Source: the human T2T-CHM13v2.0 reference genome, Homo sapiens
Direction: 5' to 3' (one strand)
NCBI RefSeq assembly: GCF_009914755.1
Contig: NC_060927.1
DNA length: 64,000 nt
Shown piece by piece: positions 15,166 to 26,900 of this stretch (positions are counted from its first letter, which is position 1; every line of letters starts with the position of its first letter). The notes beneath the pieces were generated by a model. It saw only the letters and a list, made by a program, of their open reading frames with translations. It did not search any database and was not told the DNA's origin. A program made the translations under genes and the position numbers.

Positions 15166-16544
15166 ATTTTAAAGTAATAATAAAACAGTTGTTGTAACTC
15201 ATAACATCAGTCGTGATTCTTGATAATAATTTTTACCTATGCCCTATGCACGTAGGTCATATGCAGCTATAATATATAGCTATCTGTGTTTCCAAATCAG
15301 TTTGATTTGGCTCTAACATCAAAGTTGTTTCATTGCTTAAATAACTCTGCCTTGATTAGTATCACTAATAGCTATGTGTAAATAAAAGTGTTTTAAATTT
15401 TGATTAGGACAGTTAAACTTTGCTAATTCAGACTGATTGTATAATTGACTTAAAAGGTTTGAGTTATGTAACAATTTCAATAAAATAAGTTTTATTACTT
15501 TGAAGTTCATAGAGCATATCAGACTAGATTAAGAAATACTGTCAAGTAGAAACCCCATAGGATTTACTTTAATGGTTGATTAAATGGCTTTAATTAACAT
15601 GGCAAGTGTTTGTAATTTCTGTTTCTAAAATGGTTAAAATTTTTATTATCTCGTAGATTAAACACATCCGTATCAGTTTTATTTACATTATTTCCTTGGT
15701 AAGACCCTTTTAAAACTAGATAAAACAAATGTTATCTCACGTTCAAGTTACTTCTATTTGTTATTAATGGAGTACCAATAGCAAAGCTTTACATTTTTAT
15801 AACATCTCAGTCAATATTTAAATGTGTTCAAGGTATGCAACATGAAATAAATTTACTTATGAACTGAAGCATGAACAGACTGCAAAGCATCTGTAATCTT
15901 GCTTATTGCTCTGTGTTATTATCCTGAGTAAGCATTTGTGATTTAACATCCATCCATGACACTCTGGCAATCTTACTTGTTATCTCGCAAGCAGGCCCTT
16001 CACAGTTTTTGACAGACATCTAGATAAACTATGAAACAATATTTGTGAATCTGACCTTAGGAAAATGAAGCTACTTCTCTTCTTCAATGATGGAACTCTG
16101 CAGCCTTTGTGTTCTCCCATCTGAAACAAAATATCTATGGACCTAGGATTTCAAAACCAAGGGTGTATTCAGGGTTGACTTGGGGGTGGCCAGTCCCACA
16201 AAGCTTTTCTCTTTTTCACCAGAAAAGACTCTTAACTTCCTCTCAGGCTAAAGCAGGTTTAGATTTGAAGGTCATAAAGGCTTAGCTGATAGTTTATTAT
16301 TATTATTTCTACCTTTATACAGCTTCTATTCTGGTAAAGGAGATAGATGCCAAATAATAAACATAATATACAAGTAAAGTATATATAATAGTTTAATAAA
16401 TTTTATAGAGAAAAGCAATGAAGAAAGATACTCCTTTGTAGGGAGTGGGGAGTGGGATATTCCATTTTTATTTCCAAATTAAAATAAGTAATTAGATTTT
16501 CAATGTTATTTTGTCATATTAAAAATTGCAATCAACTGCACAGC

Positions 16545-16850
16545 TACAATCATAACTACTGTTCCTGAGTGTCTACAGTATGGCAGATGTGGGCTAGATA
16601 TTATATTTATTTATCATACTAATACAAATATAGCACACTTACTATGCTACAAATAATATGTTAAGCACTTTATGCAATGTTACCTCGCCTATCTTACCAC
16701 ACAGAAAGTGAAATAGAATATCCCTATTTTTCAGAGGAAAAAGTTAAGACTCTGTGAGGTTAGGAAAGTTGTCCAAGGTGACACAGTCCTTAGGGACAAA
16801 ATAGGAAATCATAATTGAAGTCAGTCTGGCTTTGAAGCTCACAGCTGTTT
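16545..16850 (-). mobile_element. MIR SINE fragments
   Basis: CCCTATTTTTCAGAGGAAAAAGTTAAGACTCTGTGAGGTTAGGAAAGTTGTCCAAGGTGACACAG. Confidence 0.7.
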
Positions 16851-16935
16851 CCTAGAACCTGTATCACCGTCAAAAGTGTGATTCTATCCTTTGTTTCTCC
16901 TGCCTCAACACCAGGAGCTATTTGTCTTTTTCTGA

Positions 16936-17365
<430 letters not shown>

Positions 17366-17670
17366 TGATGGGGAAATAGACATACAAAAATTTACTTTTG
17401 TAAAATCCAATTCATTTTATAATAGAGGTATGAATGCCATGGCAAAGCTCTGAAGCCCTTCTGATGTAATCTCTGAATTTAGAGAAGTCAAATGCCTCAA
17501 GCTTTTTGTGGTTGTTACCTTCACTCAGAAATGCATTTTAGATCATGACCAATATGCATGCACACACACATACAAGTGCAGCAAAATTGTTATTAAAAAC
17601 GCTTATGCCTAGTACAGACATTGTATTCTGATATTTTCAAGTTTTTATTCTTCTCTTGAAAGAAAACCTG

Positions 17671-17712
17671 CCTCGGCCTCCCAAAGTGCTGGGATTACAG
17701 GTGTGAGCCACC
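17671..17712 (-). mobile_element. Tailless 42-bp Alu left-arm fragment
   Basis: CCTCGGCCTCCCAAAGTGCTGGGATTACAGGTGTGAGCCACC flanked by AAACCTG and AAATCTG. Confidence 0.88.
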
Positions 17713-17963
17713 AAATCTGTTCACATACCAATCTGTCTCTCTTCCAAGGCCTGTGGATACATACAGTGCCATTCTGCAAATTAACAAATGATGTCCCCTC
17801 TGGACAGACGAATTACAAAATGACATCCCTTCCTCCCACCTGTTGAAGTCCAGCCCCAGGGCATGCAACTCAGTCAGCATAACTCCTGACTGAAGTTTAC
17901 CCCCATTTGCCCCTCTGGTATCTGGGTGAAGTGTACAAATTGCACAGCTGACTGCATATAGCA

Positions 17964-18075
17964 GCCCTTCCCTTTTTTCCCTCCCTTGCTGCCTCTCCCC
18001 TTCATTTCTCTCTTTATCCTCTCCCTTTCCCTCCCCTCCCATTTTTTCTCCTCTCCTTTTTTCCCTTTTCTTTAA
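17964..18075. repeat. Polypyrimidine low-complexity tract
   Basis: ~110 nt almost entirely C/T. Confidence 0.85.
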
Positions 18076-18142
18076 TTCTGTTATACTGGATGATAATAAA
18101 ATAAAATAATTGAGGAGTTTAGGAAACAAGATTTTTATATTC

Positions 18143-18715
18143 CTTTTTGGAATTGTAGTAAAATATACAAAACATAAAATTTACCATTTTAACAATTTTT
18201 AAGTATACAACTTGTGGCATGAAGTACATTCACATTGTTGTGCAATCACCACTACCATCCATCTGCAGAGCTTTTTCATCTTTCCTAAATGAAACTCTGT
18301 TCCTATAAAACACTACCCCTTCATTCCCTCCTCCAAGTCCCCAGAAGCCACCATTCTACTTTCCGTCTTTATGAATTTGACTGCTCTAGGTACCTCGTAT
18401 AAGTGGACTCATACCATAGTTGTCCTTTTGTGAGTAGCTTATTTTACTTAGAATAATATCTCCGAGGTTCATGCATGTTGTAGGGTGTGTCAGAATTTCC
18501 TTACTTTTTAATGCTAATATTCCCTTCTATGTATATACCAAATTTTGCTTATCCATTCATCCATTGGTGGACTTTTGGGTTGCTTCTACCTTTTAGCTAT
18601 TGTGAATAGTGCTGTTATGAACACTGGTGTACAGATATTTGTTTGAATCCCTGCTTTCAGTTCTTTTGGGCATATACACAGAAGTGCAATTGCTGAATCA
18701 TATGGTACTTTCATG
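18143..18715 (-). mobile_element. L1MB-type 3' end
   Basis: AAAATTTACCATTTTAAC...AGTACATTCACATTGTTGTGCAATCACCAC...GAATTTGACTGCTCTAGGTACCTC. Confidence 0.88.
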
Positions 18716-19783
18716 TTCTTGACCTTTGCTTTTTATGAATTGAAGTTTCTTGAAAAGTCTAGCTTTGATACGTTTTCCTTCAACAAAGACATAATACACA
18801 TGTAATTCCTGTACTGAGTAATCCAAATTGAGTTCACTCTTCTCCACCTTTAACTTTGCCCTGTTGCATTCCTGACTGTTAATGATACCTTGGAAGATTC
18901 CATAACTTCCCAGACACTTAGTTACTAAAGACTAGTACAGTCTAATTAAAACACTCTAGGCTCTCCTCCTCTCCACTGTTTCCCTGAACCCTGGATCAGG
19001 TTTGACTGAGGAACAAGGAGGGGTGGGAGGATAGGGTCTGCTCTCCCATCAACCTCCCTTCCTGCCCCCAGGTTCTAGCTCCCCTGTGGGTAGGAAGAAA
19101 GGAAGGGACAAGTGCTTACTTATTACCCCCTTTTAAAAGAATTCACATAGAGAGTCCCTTTGTTAGATGCAACCTAGTCTCTCTATTTAGACACTCCTGC
19201 AATTGATTAGATCACTACTTGGACCTTGTTACTGAGATTTCTTATGATTTGTCCGTTTTGTCTGTTGCTCCTAATTGATTGGACTGAAGCTGTTGGTTTT
19301 GCACACAGCCTGTATAAGTTGATTTTTACATTTATCTTTTCAGAAGGCTAACTCTTGGTTTCATTGATTTCTCTAACCTGGACATATTGGCATATACATA
19401 TCTTTCCAAGTTCATTCCTGAGTCATTTTTCTGAATTCTCCATTGTCAAAATGCCTTTGGTAACCCATATGCTGATAGCTTCTTAGGTCAGGAAATTTTG
19501 TGAATCCAATATATTTGGATTTTCCTTCTTTAAATTTTAGAATTTAAGCTTACTTCCCAGTTCTGGAAGTACAGCTCATTTCCAGATCTTAGTGCTGAGC
19601 ACCAGAGTGAATTTTGGCATAGATTCTGACTTTATGCTACACTGTATGCTACACATACAGTGCTATCAAATAGAGGTAGGCCAGGTTACAGGGAAACCAA
19701 ACAGCATACAGTGCTATGAAATGGTGCACCTACTGCAACTCCTTCTTCATGAACTGTTATAAGAGTAAGAGTTTAAACAATTA

Positions 19784-20087
<304 letters not shown>

Positions 20088-20089
20088 TT

Positions 20090-20870
20090 TAAAATGTTTT
20101 ATGGAAATTAAAAATTATAACAAGAAAATTAAAACCATTTGAAAGTACTTTATCCAAAAAGAAATACTATTGCCATTTTAAACACATACATAGGTATTAT
20201 ATATATATTTGAGATACCGTAATATATGGTTTCATGTCCTGATTTTTTAACCTAGTATGAATATTTCTCTATGTCATTAAGAATTATTTGAAGGCATGAT
20301 CTTTAATGGACATATTAAATTGTGTTGTATTTATCATGATTCAGTTAATAATTATCTAGGTTTAGAGCATTTATAATAATAGCAATATCCAATAATTATT
20401 CAGTACTTACTATGTGCTAGTCAGTGCTTTAATGCCTTACATATATTTCCTCTTCATTTAATTCTCATAACACTTTTGAGATCCCCATTTTGCAGGCAAG
20501 AAAACTGAGGTATAGAGAGGTTAACAACCAAAGTCTCACCTTGCGATTGGAAGTTGGTCAAGTTGTAATTGTTACTCTAGCTAGTCTGGCTCTCTAATTT
20601 GTAATCTAACCACTGGCTCTCTACTTTGTAATCTTAACCACTATCCTACCTGACTCACTGTATGATAAGTATCTTCTTGGGGAAAAAAAATCTTTATCTG
20701 CATTTCTGATAGTTTCTACTGGGAGGGTTCCTAGAGGTGAAATAACTAGGTCGAGAGCTAGGAAAACTTTTAAACTTAAAGGCATGTTGTCCAGTTGCCC
20801 TCCAGAATGTTCCCACCAGTCCATGTTCACACCAATAGTGGGAAGAGCCTGCCTGTGCACTCCCACCGCT
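20090..20870 (-). mobile_element. Old L1ME-type fragments with nested MIR (~20385-20620)
   Basis: GTTCCTAGAGGTGAAATAACTAGGTC...TTGCCCTCCAGAA; MIR core CCCCATTTTGCAGGCAAGAAAACTGAGG. Confidence 0.65.
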
Positions 20871-20899
20871 GTTGTTTAATTCCTCTTTAATAACTCTGA

Positions 20900-23800
20900 A
20901 TTTGGGATCTTCCTGAATGGTTAAGAGAATCCAAGGATCCAGGGCTCCCTTAAGAACATAGAAAGTCCAATTTTATACAAATGTGGAGTCATTTGTATAT
21001 ATACCTCAGATAATACTACATCTTTGTTTTATTGGTCCATACATAAACGAACTTCCTTATCTTATCATCAGTAGATGTGAGAAATTGCTAACATGAGTGT
21101 GTACGACGACTGATTGTGTCAAGTCTGAAGGTCATTACACCTGTCGAGGCTGCCTTTCAAAATGTAGCCCTATTTTGACAACTGCTGTCATGGGTGGTAT
21201 TTATGGTATTTTCTCAAGCTTTTAGGCAGTTGGAAGTAATTTTACATTAATGATCTTATATTACTCTTTGGTTTAAAAAATGGCATTGTAAAAATGCATC
21301 CTGCTCACATATTTTTTCCCTTGATTAGCGTTATAGAATGTACATAAAATGTTACACTGCATCTGCATTTCCAGGTAATAGTAACTTTTAGTAACCCTGG
21401 TTTTTATCGTTCGAAGATAATTTCTTTACTACTCCCAGTGAAAAACTGATATTGTCAGGCAGAAATCCCCTAGACTTTTTAATAGAAAAGTTGAAAAAAA
21501 TTCCAAGGAAATATCACAGGGAAAAAGGATTTTGGTAATTTCTACAGTGATTTGGACAAGTTCAATGAGGAATTGAAAATATTCCTTGTGACTGTGTGAA
21601 AATTAATCACTCACCCTTCACTGGCACTTTGGATTAGTATTTCGTCCTCACTATTTTCTGAAAGAATCTTGATTGAATCAGAGGTTTCACTGTGCTTCAT
21701 TAAGGTTCTGTGTCTGTGCAGGTACCGCTTGGACTTTGAATTGCTTTAGATTCTAAGTATATAAATCAGGCAAGAAGCTGGTAACCTGGAGCAAATAACA
21801 AATGCACACTTACTGTGAACTATCTGGAAGCCTGTGTTGGTTGTGATTCCTTTTCTTTTTATTTTTAAGCGTGACTGTTGGTAGAAGCTTTGTCTTGAAC
21901 ACAATGCTGTTGTTAATAGCGAATGAAATGACTGGAACTGTGCTGGGGGAAAAAAAGTAGGCTGAAGGTTTATAGCAGACCACTGCAAACCAAATGTTGC
22001 AATTATCTGCAGCTGAAAACAAGTAGCTTTTAATGTGTCCATTTGGCCAAGAAGAGGGAGGAGAATTACAGACTATTGCTCTTTCCTCTCTCATTCTCAT
22101 ACTCTGTCTTCTTCTTTATGTAGTTTATCATCCACAATTTCAGGATGTATTTTCCTTCTTTAAGCTGTTTTATCTGTAGGCTTATGAGGTCACTCATGTG
22201 TGAATTCCTTTGTTAGTCATCTCACCTTTTGCCTTGATGATAGAAAATTGATCAGGCCTAAAGTACAAGTTCAATAGACATCCCCCTTGGTCCTTTGTCT
22301 AGGAGAATAGCTACCATTGAAGGCCATGAGCAGGTTGCTATTAATATGACAGCCTGCTCTATCTCCCACTGTAATTTATAATGAAATACCTAATCTCCAT
22401 TATTTTGATCCAAGCAGGCGATCCCATGAAAAAGTCTTTTCATCCAGTTCCCAATGGCTGTTACATGAGAAATGGCAAACCAATAATTTTTGTCAAGTTT
22501 TTTAAGCCAACAGAAATGCTTTTCCACTGCTACAGTTTCAAAAGGCACAGATAAAGCTCATTCACTGAGATGAATGAAAAAGCCATCTGGGGTTTTTCTT
22601 TTTGACTTCCTTTCCTTTTCTCCATCCTAGTAATCAAATTTGAGCAAAATCAAATGGGGCTTTCTATGAAAGTACCTTTTGTTGATCTGAACGAGCTGGT
22701 AATTTACAAAATACCCTTCCTTTGTGAGGAAGGCTAAAGAAAAAAAGAATCAGTAGCTTTTAAAGCTGGGCCTTAGTGGGACTCTAAATGCAATGAAAGC
22801 AGTCTGTGTTGAGAGACTGAAATGCATTTCAAAGCCAGGCCTGATTCGGGGTACAAGGAAGAACAGACCTATGTGCATTTTGTAGGAAGAAAACTGTGAA
22901 TGGAAAAAGGAGAAGGGGAGAGAAACGGGGGAAATCTGGATAATACATTAAAGTAACCATAATTTTGGAGATGCATTCATCTTATTGAAAATATGTACGT
23001 AACCAGTGATACCGAAGTCGGATATTTGCTCAATCAGGATGCTCAACAATTTGAGCCTTTAAAGTTTGGAGCTGCATGGGTTTGTGGAGAAAGTCGGCTC
23101 GTGATGTGTGTGATGTTTTTCTCCAACTTTTTCTTTTTCTTCTATGCTTTGGGATCTTGTGGGAAGTACCTCAAGAAAACCTGAAGATGCTAATTTTTAG
23201 ACAACTAATACTTCCTATTTTCCCTCCTTTTGCCTGCTAGATTTCCTCATGGTTGTGATTCCTCTTCACTCTTTTGAATTTGGAAGGATGGCATACACAT
23301 CTGAAAAATAGTAAGTAATGTGTGATTTATTTTTCAATTACTGTTACTAATTGTAATAAAGCTGAAATTTGATTACTGGAGGAGTTTGAAATCATCATGC
23401 ATGCCTTGAAGGAAAATGGGTTTTGTGAAACATTTGCATTATTTGGTGTGAATTACCTTTGGTGTGATTTAACTGTTTATCACACAATTACTGTTGTGAT
23501 AATGAATGTGTTATTTACTATTGCTAAATTTACCCAGTATATTCTGTAATAACTAAGTATTTGTGCCATATAATATATGCATTCTTAGTGCAACAGTTTA
23601 AGAAACAATGCAAAAATTGCAGGGAACTGTCTTTGGAGATGCTAAGTTTTCTTGTTTTATATACCACACAATCTTCCTCACACATTTATAGTTTTAATTC
23701 ATAGTAATAATGTTTTCTAGAGACCTTTCTATTTATGCCTGAAATGAAATTCTCATATAAATTATGTGAGCTTATTTCTTCAAAATGAATATCCAGAGAG

Positions 23801-26000
23801 AGGCAAGAATTATTCTGACATTATTAAACTGCATTTTTAATGCAGTTTAAGTGACATTTCTTATAATTTAATCAAGCATTATAATTAAAATAACAAAGCT
23901 TTGATTAGAGACTTTTTTTTTCATTTGGGAAAGTGAAAAGTTCATTTTTACCTTCCTAAAAATAAGACAGACATATGCTATCTGAAGACATGATACCTTG
24001 GATTAGAGTACATGCCACAAGTATTTTTTAAAACATAGATGCAGCATTGGCATTTCTGAGTAACTACAGTGCATATTTTAAATATATAAATGCCTTAGAA
24101 TGAAGCAATATGGGGCAGAATTAGTTCTGAAATCTCTGAGGTAGCTTGAACAGTATTTGCATTAGGGCTGGCACTGCTAAAGCAAGCAGATCCTGGGAAT
24201 TTCATGTAGGCAAACATGAGATCCTTGTTTCTGGAGACAAGAAAAAAAAAGATTAATTAAAACCAAGTCCTATGTTGTTTAACCCTTAAAATAACAGTCA
24301 GTATTTATAGGGATGCTGAAATGGGGAAAAGGATTCAGATTATTTCACAGAGGTCTCTGCGAGGGCCAAACCCTTTCCCTTCTAACTATTCCTCACATCG
24401 AATATAAATTCCTGGAAGTTTGTATTTAAGATGACGTCTGTTTTCTGAGCTTTTGCAGCTGCAGGTCTCTTTTCCAACTTCCTACATTTATCTTTGCCTG
24501 TGTTTTTGAGCCATTTGCTGCCTCCTAATGCCTAACTTTAAAATAGCATGCATGGCAGCCTGCCAAGACGGTGGCAGTGGCATATTGGTTTGTATTGGTG
24601 TTGAAGTTGCAAAGTTTTTGTTACCGATAATTTATAACAATTGCAACAAAAGAGATTATCAAAACCCGAGGGGATAGGAGACAGGAAGGAGAACAAAACT
24701 GCTGCACTTCTTGATGGATCAAAGTGTGATTCTTCCTGCAATAGCAAGTTGGGTTGTTGTGTTGTCTACATGGGTATGATGCTCTAGATGACCTGCACAT
24801 TGTCACTGTAGTGATTGCCTGTAATGTTAGATTGACAGAAAAGTGCAATATAAAAGAGGGTTTGTCTAGGGGATGTAATTAATTATACATATGATGCAAA
24901 ATTTTTTTCTCAGGCTATTGACTTCTTTTATATAAATTAAGATTGTTGTTAAATTAAGGTTTTTTTTTTTTTTTTTAGTTCTTGAAAGAAAAAGTTTATT
25001 ATTTAAGAGTGTCGTTGTTGTTTTGTTGTTAATACAAATTAGTACCTGGGAAATAATGCTTTGTCTTTTGCTGGCTAGTTTCATATCTACTCAATCTTGT
25101 AAGCCTTTTGCAAAAGTTCTCTTCTATAATTCCTTTAAGCACTTTTGGTAAAAGCTGGGGGTACTTCGTTTTGTCGCAGTTGTAAAGGATCTCTGTGAAG
25201 ACAGCGTTAAGAAACAGGTAATTAGGCCCTGAAATCAGCTAAGGTTCCTGCTTACTCCACTTATCAAGATTAGCGGTTCTGAAACTCTTGTTAGTATAGC
25301 AATCTACTAACAAGAATAATGTTGTACCTATGCTGAGAGGAAGAGAAATCCTCTTGCTCTCAGCATAAGTACAAACATTAAGCAACTGCATTTTGGGGAG
25401 CTGGAGAGGTAATTATTTTCAATTAGCCTTTGGGACAAAGGAAACCGTCTCACACATTTTGCTTGTGGACTTCATATTCTCAAGTATAACAACTGATATG
25501 TTACACACTTCACTCTTTGCTAAGCCAATACAAAAATAAAAACAAACCAACAAAAAATCACTCCTGGAAAGTTTAGAAATATAGATCCACAAAGGTGATC
25601 CACAGAGACACCACAAAGTATCTTTAAAACTTCTCAGAGGAAAGGAAATGAGTGACACATTTGTAAAGACTGAAGCATCTGAGATTGACTTTAAAGTTCT
25701 ATTTTTCTTCTAGTAAAATTAAAACTTTATTGAGCTTCTCGTCAGAAACTTGGAGCTGCTTTTCCATTACAGTGATGCTATTGAGGTTTCAATGCTTTCA
25801 GGGCCTACTAATAGAACCCAAAAGTGGAGAGAAGGCTCATGAAGCACCGCTCTTCTCTGGATGGAGGTCCTGGTCCCTGCTTAAGCTCTGCCAGTAGAAG
25901 CTATTACCTAAAGGTGTTCTTTTATTATCTTAGGCAGGACATGCCCCTGCTTTGACATATCAGCAGGCAGTAACAGATTGCTTGACTAATCAGTCTGCAT
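20900..26000. promoter_or_regulatory. Putative conserved non-coding / enhancer block (no recognisable transposon)
   Basis: ~5 kb without recognisable Alu/L1/MIR/LTR; scattered retained CpGs; TALE, PBX-HOX, TCF, octamer and CRE-like motifs. Conservation is inferred, not measured. Confidence 0.5.
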
Positions 26001-26749
26001 TCTCTAGGGTTCAGGATGCAGGAAAGTAGTTGGCCTGGTGTTCACTCCAACTTTACATTGATGCCTCTGGACTCATTACCGGCATCTTTGCACTTTGCTT
26101 TCCTCAGGTGTCAAAAGAGAATGTTATGTGTCCTTTGCTTGTTTCTTGTCTTGCCTTCTACAGGCTGGGCAGACATACTGGGATGTACTTTTTGGCATGA
26201 ATATGATGGTCGGTCTAGTTAGCTTAGCTGGTGATGACATAATGGCAAAGAAGACCAACAGACACTGATGTCACTCCTAACCCCAGATGGGAGCCAACTT
26301 TAGATGACAAAGGGGATGAGGCAGGTATTGATCAATGCCCAAACCATTCCAATTATTAGTCAGACAACTCTCAGCATGGCAGCAGCAGCATCCAAAAGGG
26401 AGAAAAATGTGCCAACTCCCATCATGTCTTCAAATGCAGAATGGGGAAACTGGGAGCATAGTAAACAGAAAAAAATCTATTTTGTAGCACCACCTTTTAC
26501 AAGCATTTTGATGCATGCTGTAATACAATACAGTAGATATAAATAATGTCCAGATAATTAAGAATAGAGAAAATATAAATTGGTTTGAGACTTAGGAGGG
26601 AAAAGAACAACATACATATGAAGGCCATATATTTTTAACGTTTTTTTGAGTCATAGACTTGGCTCAAGGTTTTTAACAGCTAAAACAAAAGTGGAAAAAA
26701 GTCATCTAGAGGATAACTTCCATATAGTGAGCATTTTATACAGCCCGAA

Positions 26750-26900
26750 TGGTTACAACAACCTCAAAGCCACTTATTGTTACCGTTGTTTTCTGGTGGA
26801 AAAAATGCAGAATCAGAAGGATTCAGTTACCAGCCGCTGGTTACGCAGGCAACACATGCCTCTGTGGGATTAAATCCAGGTCTCTCTGACTCTCATAGCC
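26750..26900 (-). mobile_element. Degenerate MIR
   Basis: ACAACAACCTC...GGATTAAATCCAGGTCTCTCTGACTC. Confidence 0.5.

Noticed and set aside
25250-25380. Canonical H/ACA guide snoRNA call
   Set aside because: H-like and ACA boxes are present, but the 5' hairpin is too short and neither stem has a pseudouridylation pocket; kept only as a structural finding.
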